DNA of 63,985 nt, the filler included, from an uncultured Methanosarcinales archaeon (GTDB lineage Archaea > Nanobdellota > Nanobdellia > Woesearchaeales > CAZKBD01), in the NCBI GenBank assembly GCA_964550945.1. It is 4 parts of 4 records of this genome, joined end to end, with 100 filler letters (N's around TTAATTAATTAA, not from the genome) between each part and the next. Parts side by side here need not be neighbours in the genome. Positions count along the whole stretch, not along the records: positions 42,116 to 62,206 come from CAZKBD010000026.1; 3 more parts are not named here. The stretch is one strand, 5' to 3'. Both the position numbers and the translations under genes were made by a program. The notes below the pieces were generated by a model. The model saw nothing but the letters and a program-made list of their open reading frames with translations, had not been told where the DNA came from and did not search any database. This document shows, in pieces, positions 48,854 to 58,611 of the stretch. Position 1 is the stretch's first letter, and every line of letters begins with the position of its first letter.

Positions 48854-49915
48854 TTAAAAGTTGTGGTTTATCTTATCTGGCTCGAAAATTCCTTTTTCTG
48901 TTATTATGCCCTTGATGTATTTTGCAGGGGTTACATCAAAAGCAGGATTCTTTGCTGTGCTGTGCTTTGGCGCAATCCTTACTTTTTCAGGTTTGCCTTT
49001 GCCAGACCATCCCCATACATATAACACTTCATCCTGGCTTCTTTCTTCAATAGGGATATCATCTCCTGACGGGCATTTAAGGTCTATTGTAGAGCTTGGA
49101 GCTGCTATATAGAAAGGAATATTGTTTTCTTTGGCTAAAACAGCCTTTTCATAGGTTCCAATCTTGTTAGCTGCATCGCCATTTGCTGCAATCCTATCTG
49201 CTCCTGTTATCACTAGATCAATCTCCCCTTTTTTCATGTAAAATCCAGCTGCGTTATCTGCTATTATTGCATGGGGGATATTTTCTTCTCCTAATTCAAA
49301 TGCTGTCAAGCTTGCTCCCTGGCACCTTGGCCTTGTCTCATCCACATAAACAAATACCTTTTTTCCTTTTCTGTTTGCCAAATATATGGGGCTTAGTGCA
49401 GAGCCATAGTCAACAAACGCAAGCCAACCAGCATTGCAATGAGTCAAAATATTTGAATTATTTTTTATTATCTTTTCACCATATTCTCCGATCTTTTTGC
49501 AGTTATCAGCGCTCCAATCAGCATAGTCATTAGCGGTTTTTGCTGCGTTCTTTTTTGCTTCTTCGATTGTTTTTGAGTGTTGTATTGATTTATTCACTTT
49601 TGCCAATCCATGGGATAAGTCATGGGCAGTCGGCCTTGTTGACTGAAGCAGATTTAACGCTATCTCTATATGGGCTTTGAATTCGTTCTGATCTTTTCCT
49701 TTAAACTGCAAAGCAGCCTGGGCTAATCCATACGCTCCAGTTGCTCCGATTGCGCCTGCTCCCCTGACAATCATTGTTTTTATTGCATTAGCCACATCCT
49801 GGTAATCCTTTGCTGAGTATATCTCGAAAGAATGAGGCAATAAAGGCTGGTTTATCATCTTAACAATATCATGTTCCATCCACACTGTCCTGTAATGCTT
49901 GTTGTTGATGTTCAT
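48854..49915 (-). CDS. mtnA: Methylthioribose-1-phosphate isomerase
   Basis: MIVRGAGAIG, TRPTA, LTHCNAG, ETRPRCQG, GADRIAANGD.ANKIGT, NPAFDVTP. Confidence 0.93.
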   Translation of the reverse strand: MNINNKHYRTVWMEHDIVKMINQPLLPHSFEIYSAKDYQDVANAIKTMIVRGAGAIGATGAYGLAQAALQFKGKDQNEFKAHIEIALNLLQSTRPTAHDLSHGLAKVNKSIQHSKTIEEAKKNAAKTANDYADWSADNCKKIGEYGEKIIKNNSNILTHCNAGWLAFVDYGSALSPIYLANRKGKKVFVYVDETRPRCQGASLTAFELGEENIPHAIIADNAAGFYMKKGEIDLVITGADRIAANGDAANKIGTYEKAVLAKENNIPFYIAAPSSTIDLKCPSGDDIPIEERSQDEVLYVWGWSGKGKPEKVRIAPKHSTAKNPAFDVTPAKYIKGIITEKGIFEPDKINHNF

Positions 49916-50121
49916 TTTTTCTCAAAAAGATTAACCAATTCGGTGAGTAATCTTATATGTTTATCCTCATCTTTAATAATATCGCTTATGGTTCTAGTAA
50001 TCTCGCTGTTCTTGAATATAACTGTATCCTCTGCATACCTTCTCCTGGCTAGCATTTCAACTGCCCTGACATCTTTAATCCTTTCCAGCAGCTCTGTTTT
50101 AGAAGTTATCTTCTCCATCAT
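49912..50121 (-). CDS. Small half-ferritin-like helical hairpin protein
   Basis: E-x6-Y...DEDKH pattern. Confidence 0.6.
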   Translation of the reverse strand: MMEKITSKTELLERIKDVRAVEMLARRRYAEDTVIFKNSEITRTISDIIKDEDKHIRLLTELVNLFEKK

Positions 50122-50341
50122 AGGTCACCATCTGAATAAGCTGATTAAATAAATAGCTATGCTTGTTAGAATCACGGATTATGATTGTGAGGCTTTTCCT
50201 TATTGTCTCTTTTTGCTCTTTTGTTAATTCTTCAATATAATCTAGGCATATTATAAAATAGCTTTCTAAATCGCTAGCTAGCTTCTCCTCATAATCCCGC
50301 TCATTGTTTAATATGTCCAGCGCTTTTAGTTTATCCACCAT
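50099..50341 (-). CDS. Small half-ferritin-like helical hairpin protein
   Basis: YEEKLA...L..I.RDSNKH pattern. Confidence 0.6.
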   Translation of the reverse strand: MVDKLKALDILNNERDYEEKLASDLESYFIICLDYIEELTKEQKETIRKSLTIIIRDSNKHSYLFNQLIQMVTYDGEDNF

Positions 50342-50442
50342 AAAAATTCAAATAACTCTTGATACTATTTATAACTTATGGAAAAAAGATTACAAAAAAT
50401 ATTTAAATCAACTCGGTTTCTTTGGATTAGAGGTGGGTATTC

Positions 50443-50964
50443 ATGGATATAAAATCAAAGATAAGGACAGTTCCGCATTGGCCTATCGAAGGCGTTATGT
50501 TTAGGGATATCACTACCTTATTGCAGGATGGAGAGGCTTTTAAGCATGTTTGCGATAAGCTTTATGACAGATATAAAAACAGGAATATAAAAAAGGTTGT
50601 AGCTATTGATGCTCGCGGCTTCATATTTGGCGCTGTTTTGGCTTATAAATTGGGCATTGGATTTGTGCCTGTGAGAAAAAAAGGAAAACTGCCTCATAAA
50701 ACAATATCTGAGGAATATACATTGGAATATGGAAAAAATACTGTTGAGATGCATGAAGATGCTGTTTCAAAAGGAGAGAAATGTGTGATTATAGACGATC
50801 TGATTGCGACTGGTGGCACAATATCTGCTGCAATAAAACTTGTAGAAAGGCTTGGTGGCATTGTTGAAGAGGTTGCATTCATAATAGACCTTCCAGACTT
50901 GAAAGGCAAGGAGAAATTAAAAGGGTATAAAGTGTTCACAATGGTTGAGTTTGAGGGAGAATAG
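50443..50964 (+). CDS. apt: Adenine phosphoribosyltransferase
   Basis: FRDITTLL, ARGF, RKKGKLP, LEYG, IIDDLIATGGT. Confidence 0.96.
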   Translation: MDIKSKIRTVPHWPIEGVMFRDITTLLQDGEAFKHVCDKLYDRYKNRNIKKVVAIDARGFIFGAVLAYKLGIGFVPVRKKGKLPHKTISEEYTLEYGKNTVEMHEDAVSKGEKCVIIDDLIATGGTISAAIKLVERLGGIVEEVAFIIDLPDLKGKEKLKGYKVFTMVEFEGE

Positions 50965-51162
50965 ATGGCGAGAGAATATAAAAGGAGGGAATATTGCAAT
51001 GATGTCAAATGCGAGATACAGATGCTCATGACCTCTGAGAAAGAGGGAAGCAAGGTATATGAGCAATTAAGGGATATCTGCAAAGCAAAGTGCATTCATT
51101 CAACTTACGATTTTCATCATTGGCTGATTGATAAGGGATTTTTAATTGTTAAAAAAGAATAA
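50965..51162 (+). CDS. Small Cys/His protein of unknown function
   Basis: C-x4-C...C-x3-C-x-H...FHHWL; tightly coupled in the operon. Confidence 0.7.
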   Translation: MAREYKRREYCNDVKCEIQMLMTSEKEGSKVYEQLRDICKAKCIHSTYDFHHWLIDKGFLIVKKE

Positions 51163-51177
51163 TTGGAGGCTATAAAA

Positions 51178-51951
51178 ATGAACTGGGGAATGAAAAACAG
51201 GATATCAAGGATAATCAATCCTAAGACAGGGCATTGTGTTATGTTAGCGGTAGATCACGGCTATTTCCAAGGCCCAACAACAGGGCTTAGAAATTTAGGC
51301 AAGACAGTAAATCCATTATTGCCTTATGCAGATGCTTTGATGATCACTAGAGGAGCTTTAAAGAACTGGATTCCTCCTCAGATGGACAAGCCGGTTGTTT
51401 TAAGAATGTCGGGCGGCCAAAGCATTTTGAAGGAATTATCAAATGAGGTAATAACCAATTCTATCCAAGACGCTATAAGGATAAATGCCTCTGCAATTAC
51501 CTGCTCGGTTTATGTCGGCGGGGAATATGAAAAAGAGAGCATAGCAAATCTAGCAAAGCTAGTTAATGAGGGAGAAGAGTACGGGATTCCTGTTTTAGCT
51601 GTTACAGCAGTTGGAAAGGATATGGCCAGGGATGCAAGGTATTTAGGATTAGCGAGCAGGATATGTGTTGAGATTGGAGCGCACATTATCAAGACCTATT
51701 ATTGCGATAATTTTAATGAGGTTGTTGAGGCTTGCGGGAATGTTCCTGTTGTGATTGCAGGCGGCAAGAAGGTTGAGGAGAAAGCTGCTTTGCAGATGGC
51801 TGCTGATGCAATAAAGGATGGAGCTGTTGGAGTTGATATGGGCAGGAACATATTCCAAAGCGATAATCCAATAGGGATGATCAAGGCAGTTAGAGCGATT
51901 GTTCATGACGGCAAAAGTGTTGAGGAAGGGTTTAAGATCTATAAGAAATGA
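51178..51951 (+). CDS. lsrF: LsrF-type 3-hydroxy-5-phosphonooxypentane-2,4-dione thiolase (class I aldolase fold)
   Basis: WGMKNRISRI.NPKTG..VMLAVDHGYFQGPTTGL, KTYY, GVDMGRNIFQ. Confidence 0.88.
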   Translation: MNWGMKNRISRIINPKTGHCVMLAVDHGYFQGPTTGLRNLGKTVNPLLPYADALMITRGALKNWIPPQMDKPVVLRMSGGQSILKELSNEVITNSIQDAIRINASAITCSVYVGGEYEKESIANLAKLVNEGEEYGIPVLAVTAVGKDMARDARYLGLASRICVEIGAHIIKTYYCDNFNEVVEACGNVPVVIAGGKKVEEKAALQMAADAIKDGAVGVDMGRNIFQSDNPIGMIKAVRAIVHDGKSVEEGFKIYKK

Positions 51952-52928
51952 AAGTTGGCATTTATTACAATAATAAAGATGTTAGGATAGAAGAAAGGCC
52001 AAAGCCTGAGATAAAAGAAGGCGAGATATTAGTTAAGGTCAAAGCATCTGGAATATGCGGCACAGATGTCATGGAGTGGTATAGGATAAAGAAAGCGCCA
52101 AGAGTTCTAGGCCATGAAATCTCTGGAGAGGTTGTTGAGTCTAAATCAAGCAGATATAAAATTAAGGATAGGATTTTTGTTTCTCACCATGTTCCTTGTA
52201 ATAAATGCAAATATTGCTTAGAAGGAAATCATACTGCCTGTGAAACATTGCATAAAGGGAATTATGATCCTGGAGGCTTCAGCGAGTTTATCAGAGTTCC
52301 AAAAATAAATGTTGATAATGGAACTTATTTGTTGCCATCAGATGTAAGCTATGAAGAAGCAACGATGATAGAGCCATTAGCTTGCTGTGTAAGAGGACAA
52401 AGGGTTATTAATGTTAAGAAAAATCATACTGTTTTAGTGCTTGGCTCTGGTGTTTCTGGGTTATTAAATATCGCTTTAGCTAGATTAAAAGGAGCAAAGG
52501 TTATTGCAACTGATATTAGCGAATATAGATTAAAAAAAGCAAAAGAGTTTGGAGCTGATAAAGTGATTGATGTTTCAAAAGATAAACTAGATGTTAAAGC
52601 AGACAGAGTGATTGTATGCACAGGCGCTATTCAAGCGGTTGAGCAGGCTTTTAATTGCATTGATAGGAAAGGAACGATACTGTTTTTTGCCATTCCTAAT
52701 AAAAATATTGATGTTCCAACAGCAGATTTCTGGAGAAATGAGATAACTGTAACTTCAAGTTATGGCGCTGCGCCTGTTGATTTGAAGGAGAGTTTAGAGT
52801 TGATTAAAAATAAAAAAATTAATGTTAAGGATATGATCACTGATAAATTGCCTTTGGAAGAAATCCAGAAAGGTTTTGAGATTGTTGCAAAAGCAAAGGA
52901 TTCTTTGAAGGTTGTTTTAGTTATGTGA
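51948..52928 (+). CDS. Zn-dependent medium-chain (polyol/threonine-type) dehydrogenase
   Basis: GICGTD, GHE, C-x2-C-x2-C-x7-C, EPLAC, GSGVSG. Confidence 0.92.
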   Translation: MKVGIYYNNKDVRIEERPKPEIKEGEILVKVKASGICGTDVMEWYRIKKAPRVLGHEISGEVVESKSSRYKIKDRIFVSHHVPCNKCKYCLEGNHTACETLHKGNYDPGGFSEFIRVPKINVDNGTYLLPSDVSYEEATMIEPLACCVRGQRVINVKKNHTVLVLGSGVSGLLNIALARLKGAKVIATDISEYRLKKAKEFGADKVIDVSKDKLDVKADRVIVCTGAIQAVEQAFNCIDRKGTILFFAIPNKNIDVPTADFWRNEITVTSSYGAAPVDLKESLELIKNKKINVKDMITDKLPLEEIQKGFEIVAKAKDSLKVVLVM

Positions 52929-53127
52929 ATTGGTCTGTTTTGGATATGTTAATCATTGAAAAGGGGCAAAAGGTTTAAAAATAGAGTTGCATTCTTATAG
53001 GTGTTAGGGGTGAGGAGGACATAAAATGTATGAAGCTAATGATGATGATGGTGCTGGATTTAGATATAGGCTTAAGTTTAGTAGTCCAGTTAGAGTGAGT
53101 GATGTTATAACTTAATTGTACGCAAAA

Positions 53128-53382
53128 ATGGGCATAAACGATGTAGAAATCGTACCAACAACAATGGATGGAGCTCCTGGAGTGATTGTTCATGATGGGA
53201 ACCCCCCACATCCTGATTTAGATGATGGAGGATTTGGCAAAGAGTATTTTAGCATAAGATATCAACCAGGATATATGGATCATCCAGATGGTTCACCTAC
53301 AAGTAAGGGATTCCAATTAGATGGTGAGGGAGTAACTCCGGAAATTGTTGAAGAGATTCAGAAAGAGTTATCTGGAAGATAA
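53128..53382 (+). CDS. Acidic hypothetical protein
   Basis: ORF only. Confidence 0.5.
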   Translation: MGINDVEIVPTTMDGAPGVIVHDGNPPHPDLDDGGFGKEYFSIRYQPGYMDHPDGSPTSKGFQLDGEGVTPEIVEEIQKELSGR

Positions 53383-53515
53383 AACATTACCTGGTTTAAT
53401 AGGTAAATGTATCGGTTGGATGGTACTAATCCATCATATATTTTCTATTACAATAACACTTATAAATAAGTTAGCATTCTATAATAGTAAAAATAAAACA
53501 TTGGGGGGATTTATT

Positions 53516-53926
53516 ATGGAGATAAAAGCGTTGTTTAGCAGCATTCTTGTTTGTTTCTTAGTTCTAGGGCTGACTGGATTCAATCCTTTGGGTTTTATCA
53601 GAAGCGATGAGCCTGTTAGAGCAGGCCAGGAACTAGAGATGCATGTGAATCTTAATAATGATTTAGAGGAATATGCAGAAGAACATCCAGATAGAAATGT
53701 AGATATGGATCTGGATAATGTCAGAGTACATGCTTATATCATTGATTCTTTTGATGATGTTGTGCTGTACAGCAATAACATTGAGATTGACAAAGGAGAA
53801 AAATCCAGCGCATGGCTTTTCTGGGAGATTCCAGAGGATGTTCCAGAAGGAGATTATTTAGTCAGAGTTGTTGCGAATGGCGATGGATTCAAGGATGTTG
53901 ATTACACTTGGGTAAGTGTTTATTGA
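53516..53926 (+). CDS. Secreted/anchored Ig-like beta-sandwich protein
   Basis: Signal peptide; IP.DV.EGDYLVRV pattern. Confidence 0.65.
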   Translation: MEIKALFSSILVCFLVLGLTGFNPLGFIRSDEPVRAGQELEMHVNLNNDLEEYAEEHPDRNVDMDLDNVRVHAYIIDSFDDVVLYSNNIEIDKGEKSSAWLFWEIPEDVPEGDYLVRVVANGDGFKDVDYTWVSVY

Positions 53927-53951
53927 TTTAATAATCAAGGTGAATCAAAAA

Positions 53952-54362
53952 ATGTCAGGAGATGATGGGGTTTATAGATTATTGCTTGGAGTAGTTGGCG
54001 CTAATTTAGAAGCTATGGTTGGAATTGCTCATAACCGACCTGTAGGTGAAGCACCTCTTGCATTATATCAAACAGTTGAACGTGGTGTCAGTGGAGGTTT
54101 AAGAACCCTAGATGGTTATCTTGCGGAGCATCATAAAGAAGAACCAACACCTCATTATGATGTTGATAGGACTATTGTGTCAATTCTTATAGGATCAAAG
54201 TATGCTTTAAGGAGTTTGGGTGCAGTTAATGCATCTAGAAGAGACTCAATCAACACAATGAATCCGGATCAATACCGGCAGTATGTTAGTGATGTAAAGG
54301 CAGTTATTGAAGACCTTAAGGTGATGGTGGACTCTGTTCGTCCGGAAAATCCAAGAAATTAA
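53952..54362 (+). CDS. Orphan hypothetical protein
   Basis: ORF with GGTGA RBS. Confidence 0.6.
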   Translation: MSGDDGVYRLLLGVVGANLEAMVGIAHNRPVGEAPLALYQTVERGVSGGLRTLDGYLAEHHKEEPTPHYDVDRTIVSILIGSKYALRSLGAVNASRRDSINTMNPDQYRQYVSDVKAVIEDLKVMVDSVRPENPRN

Positions 54363-54424
54363 TGACCATATTTTTCTAATTTTTTAACTAACATTTAAAT
54401 AATCAAGATGATTTCAAAATTCTT

Positions 54425-55480
54425 ATGCACCAGATTACAGAAGGCAAAGCTAAAATATCCATTCCTGCTGCTGAGAAAATAAGCAAGCAGATGCCTGTAT
54501 TTTATAACCCAGTCATGAAGCACAACAGGGACATCTCTATTTTGCTGCTGAACTCCTTGGATAAAAAAGATATGCAGATTGCTGATCCATTGGCTGCTTC
54601 TGGGATCAGGGCGATAAGGTTTATTCTTGAATTAGATAAAAAAATAGTAGAAAACATATCAATAAATGACAATAACAAGAATTTTAAAAAAATTATCAAT
54701 AATAATCTGAAAGCCAATAAAATAAAAATCACTAACAAATTAATAATAAAAAACGAAGACGCTAACCTTTTCCTTGTTAATTCTACTGGATTTGATTATA
54801 TTGACATTGATCCTTTTGGAACTCCAAACCCTTTTCTTGACAATGCGGTAAAAAGGCTTTCAAGAGAGGGTATTTTAGCGATAACTGCAACTGACTTAAG
54901 CAGCCTGGCTGGAACTTACCCAGATGTATGCAAGAGAAGGTATTGGGCTGTTCCTATGCGGAATGAGCTGATGCATGAGATAGGGCTTAGGATCCTAATC
55001 AGGAAAATACAGCTTATCGGCGCCCAATATGAAAAATCATTAATTCCTATATTCTCCTACTTCAAAGACCATTACTTCAGGATATTCTTCCAGTGCAGCA
55101 AAGGAAAAAAGGATGTTGATAAAATAATAGAAGAGCATGGCTTTTTTGAAGGTGCTGGGCCAATGTGGCTTGGCAGGTTATGGGATAAAAATCTAGTCGA
55201 TAAGATATATAGCAATTTTTTAAGAAATAACAATGATAAAGAGCTGGATAGCTTTTTAAAAACTATAAAAGAGGAATCTCCAATAAATAATGTGGGATTT
55301 TATGATGTCCATAAGATAATCAAAAGAAACAAAATCAAAAAAATTCCAAAAAAAGAGCTGTTGATAGAAAAAATTAAAGGATTGGGTTATATGGCAGCAG
55401 GCACACATTTCAATGTCCAGGGGATTAGGAGCGATATATCCTTAGAGAAGATAACAAACATAATCAAAAAATTTAAATAA
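54425..55480 (+). CDS. trm1: tRNA (guanine26-N2)-dimethyltransferase
   Basis: VFYNP.M..NRD, AASGIRAIR, IDIDPFG, TATD, GPMWLG. Confidence 0.94.
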   Translation: MHQITEGKAKISIPAAEKISKQMPVFYNPVMKHNRDISILLLNSLDKKDMQIADPLAASGIRAIRFILELDKKIVENISINDNNKNFKKIINNNLKANKIKITNKLIIKNEDANLFLVNSTGFDYIDIDPFGTPNPFLDNAVKRLSREGILAITATDLSSLAGTYPDVCKRRYWAVPMRNELMHEIGLRILIRKIQLIGAQYEKSLIPIFSYFKDHYFRIFFQCSKGKKDVDKIIEEHGFFEGAGPMWLGRLWDKNLVDKIYSNFLRNNNDKELDSFLKTIKEESPINNVGFYDVHKIIKRNKIKKIPKKELLIEKIKGLGYMAAGTHFNVQGIRSDISLEKITNIIKKFK

Positions 55481-55503
55481 TTGGTATTATAGACAATTAT
55501 AAA

Positions 55504-55749
55504 ATGGAAACAAGCAAGATTTTGGTTTTGGTTGGATCTATAGCTGCTTTTGCCGGATTGATGGGCTATGCAGCATATCTTATATTCTTTAAGAAAGCTG
55601 GCGGTGCAGCTAATCCCCAGCTTGTGGATTATATAAAGAGCTATTCAAGCCAGGGCTATGATATGAACTCTTTAAAACAAGGATTATTGAACCAAGGCTA
55701 TGCTGAGAAGGATATTGATGCTGCGATTAATGCTGTTCAGAGAGGTTAG
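55504..55749 (+). CDS. Small membrane-anchored protein
   Basis: TM followed by LVDYI....QGY....K..LL.QGY...DID.A helical motif. Confidence 0.7.
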   Translation: METSKILVLVGSIAAFAGLMGYAAYLIFFKKAGGAANPQLVDYIKSYSSQGYDMNSLKQGLLNQGYAEKDIDAAINAVQRG

Positions 55750-56024
55750 CCAATAGCCCTTCTAACATCAGTGCATTCGACAGAATTAACGCCATCAATA
55801 TTATTGATTTTCTTTTCAAGCTCGTCTGTTGAGCCTTTCTGCTCTGGCATGACAAACATAATATTTAATGCCTTAAGGCCGAATGCTATTGGTTCCTGGA
55901 CTGCCTTGATTTCATGGCTTCCAGAAAATTTCTTTATTTCAGCTTGAGCCAAATTAGAAATGTTATCCAAATCACTGTCTGGAGATTCAGGCATTATCTT
56001 TAGCGTTACAATCACACTGGCCAT
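55746..56024 (-). CDS. ef1b: Translation elongation factor aEF-1beta
   Basis: KIMPESP, EPIAFGLKAL. Confidence 0.95.
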   Translation of the reverse strand: MASVIVTLKIMPESPDSDLDNISNLAQAEIKKFSGSHEIKAVQEPIAFGLKALNIMFVMPEQKGSTDELEKKINNIDGVNSVECTDVRRAIG

Positions 56025-56025
56025 T

Positions 56026-56199
56026 TTAGTTTGGACCTGTAAATCCGCATTCATCACAGGCGTATTTAGCCACTATCTCTCTACAATGCTTGCAGCGGAT
56101 AATTTCTGTCTTCTCGCATTTAGGGCACTTGAATCTCGTGCTTCCTTCTACATTAGTTATCCTTCTCTTACAGGATGAGCATACTGGTTCGTTTGCCAT
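56026..56199 (-). CDS. Zn-ribbon protein (DUF1610/HVO_2753-like), 57 aa, not in the ORF track
   Basis: Four CxxC motifs ending CGFTGPN; usual position upstream of aEF-1beta. Confidence 0.9.
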   Translation of the reverse strand: MANEPVCSSCKRRITNVEGSTRFKCPKCEKTEIIRCKHCREIVAKYACDECGFTGPN

Positions 56200-56288
56200 A
56201 GCTATCAGAATTTGGACTTTATTTATAAAGGTTTTGTTCAGTTTAATTATAATTAACTTTAAATAATTTAATTGATTCCTTGTTCATA

Positions 56289-57032
56289 ATGAAGCTGATA
56301 AAGGTAGGTTATTCGAAAGAACCTGGAGCTGAACTCGCGCCTGATGTTGTTGTAAAGGAATTGCATGATCTGCTTTCAAACGAAACTGGAAGGAAATGCG
56401 GCTATCTGATTGAGGAAGCCAGGATTCAGGAAAAAGAGCCCCTCAATAACGTCTACAACAAGATTAAAGAAGAAAAAGAAGGCTGCATAATAATAGGGGG
56501 GGATCATTCAATCACTCTTACTTGCTTTAAGGCTTTTTCAGAAACACACGAAAATAGCGGGATAATAATATTTGATGCGCATCCTGACTGCGATTTAATG
56601 CCCGAAGACCTTGTGGATGGGATCATTAACCAAAAATTGGCTGATTCGAAGAACATAATACTGATTGGAACAAGGAAATGGAGCAGTGACGAGATAGAAT
56701 TCCTAAAAAAACATAATATAAGGGTGTTTAGCATGAGGCAGATATTTGAGACAGGCGTTAAGGAGATTTGCGATACAGTAATGGAAAACTCAAGGCAGTG
56801 GTCTAATCTGTACATCTCAATAGACATTGATGTTGTTGATCCTGCTTATGCGCCAGGAACTAGCTGTATTGAGGCTGGCGGCTTAAGCTCTCGCGAGTTG
56901 ATCTATTTTGTGCAAAGATTAAAGCTATTGAAGAACTTCAAGATGGCTGATATTACAGAGATAAACCCTAAAAAGGACATAAACAATATGACTTCTAAGT
57001 TAGGAGCAAAGATAATCGCTGAGTTTTGTTAA
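56289..57032 (+). CDS. Arginase/agmatinase family ureohydrolase
   Basis: GGDHS, DAHPD, SIDIDVVDP..APG, EINP. Confidence 0.88.
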   Translation: MKLIKVGYSKEPGAELAPDVVVKELHDLLSNETGRKCGYLIEEARIQEKEPLNNVYNKIKEEKEGCIIIGGDHSITLTCFKAFSETHENSGIIIFDAHPDCDLMPEDLVDGIINQKLADSKNIILIGTRKWSSDEIEFLKKHNIRVFSMRQIFETGVKEICDTVMENSRQWSNLYISIDIDVVDPAYAPGTSCIEAGGLSSRELIYFVQRLKLLKNFKMADITEINPKKDINNMTSKLGAKIIAEFC

Positions 57033-57065
57033 CAAAAAGATTTATATAACCAGCTTATTTTTATT

Positions 57066-58424
57066 ATGCTTATGATTAGATATCACAGCACAAACAAAAA
57101 GGCTGGAAAAGTGAGGTTTAGCGAGGCCTTGCTAAAAGGATTAGCGCCTGATAAAGGGCTGTTTATGCTAGACAAGATTCCATCAATCAGCGAAAAGGAT
57201 ATCAAGGAATTAAAAAATAAAAAATATCATGAGATTGCGTTTATTGTCCTAAGAAAATTCTTGAAAGGGGATATTCCAGAAGAAGATCTTAAGAGATTAT
57301 GCAGAGATGCCTATAATTTTGAGGTTCCTGTTGAGAAGGTTAATGATAAAGATTTCATTGTTAGATTAGACCATGGCCCAACTGCTTCTTTTAAGGATTT
57401 TGCAGCCAGAATGATGGCAAGGTGGATGCAGTATTTCATGGCAAAGGAAAAAGAAAAGCTAGTTATCCTGGTTGCCACATCAGGAGATACTGGCGGAGCT
57501 GTTGCAAACGCATTTTATGGAATGAAAAATATTGATGTTGTCATTTTAATGCCTTGCGATGAGATTAGCGACAGGCAGAGAAAACAGATGACTACACTAG
57601 GAAAGAATATACATCCAATTGTTTTGAAGGCAAAATTTGATGACTGCCAGGCGTTGGTGAAGGAAGCGTTTGTAGATCCTGAATTAAGCAGCATAAATCT
57701 AAGCAGCGCAAACTCTATCAATATTGGACGGCTATTGCCCCAGTCTGTTTATTATTTTTATGGCTATTCTAAGATTGCTGAGGATAAGGAAAAGATAGTG
57801 TTTAGCGTTCCATCAGGCAATTTTGGGAATCTTATGGGTGGCTTATTAGCTAAGAAGATGGGCTTGCCAATAGACAAATTTGTTGTGGCTGTAAATGAAA
57901 ATGATGAAGTTCCTATATTTTTTGAAAAAAAACAATACAAGCCAATAAAACCATCTAGGAATTGCTTAAGCAATGCGATGAATGTTGGCCATCCGAGCAA
58001 TCTGGCTAGATTGGTCGATTTGTATAATGGCCAGATGGATGAAAAAGGCAATATTGTAAAGATGCCTGACATGAAAAGAATACATGAGGATATGTTTGCA
58101 ATTAGCGTTAATGATAAAGATACTGTTGATGGCATCAAGGATGCTAATAAAAAAGGGATAATACTAGAGCCGCATGGCGCAGTCGGATGGATGGCTTTAA
58201 AAAGGTATGATGGCGAGTATGATAAATCTGTCTTATTAGAGACAGCACACCCTTCAAAGTTTCCTGAAGAGCTAAAGAAATTAGGCATTAAAACGGAAAT
58301 TACAGAGTCATTGAAAGGGCTTGATAACAAGAAAGAGGATTATGTTGAGATAAAGTTAGATTATAAGCAATTCAAGGAATTTTTGATAGAAAAATTTGTA
58401 AGGCGAAAGGATGAAAGGAAATAG
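57066..58424 (+). CDS. thrC: Threonine synthase (bacterial/fungal long type)
   Basis: GLAPD.GL, HGPTASFKD, ATSGDTG, SANSINIGRL, VPSGNFGN, TAHP.KF. Confidence 0.95.
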   Translation: MLMIRYHSTNKKAGKVRFSEALLKGLAPDKGLFMLDKIPSISEKDIKELKNKKYHEIAFIVLRKFLKGDIPEEDLKRLCRDAYNFEVPVEKVNDKDFIVRLDHGPTASFKDFAARMMARWMQYFMAKEKEKLVILVATSGDTGGAVANAFYGMKNIDVVILMPCDEISDRQRKQMTTLGKNIHPIVLKAKFDDCQALVKEAFVDPELSSINLSSANSINIGRLLPQSVYYFYGYSKIAEDKEKIVFSVPSGNFGNLMGGLLAKKMGLPIDKFVVAVNENDEVPIFFEKKQYKPIKPSRNCLSNAMNVGHPSNLARLVDLYNGQMDEKGNIVKMPDMKRIHEDMFAISVNDKDTVDGIKDANKKGIILEPHGAVGWMALKRYDGEYDKSVLLETAHPSKFPEELKKLGIKTEITESLKGLDNKKEDYVEIKLDYKQFKEFLIEKFVRRKDERK

Positions 58425-58611
58425 ATGTGATTGTGGTGGGGAGGTTACCAATAAAAAGGTAAATTTTGATCTCTATGGGATTAACTTAGGTAAGTTTGAA
58501 GCTGAAATATGTAAAAAATGTGGAGAAGAATTGTTTAGCGAAGAAGTTAGCAAAGAAATAGATAAATCAGCTAAGAAAAGGGGATTGTGGGGACTAAAAC
58601 TTACAATATGA
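58411..58611 (+). CDS. YgiT-type zinc finger protein
   Basis: CDCGG...AEICKKCGEELF. Confidence 0.75.
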   Translation: MKGNRCDCGGEVTNKKVNFDLYGINLGKFEAEICKKCGEELFSEEVSKEIDKSAKKRGLWGLKLTI

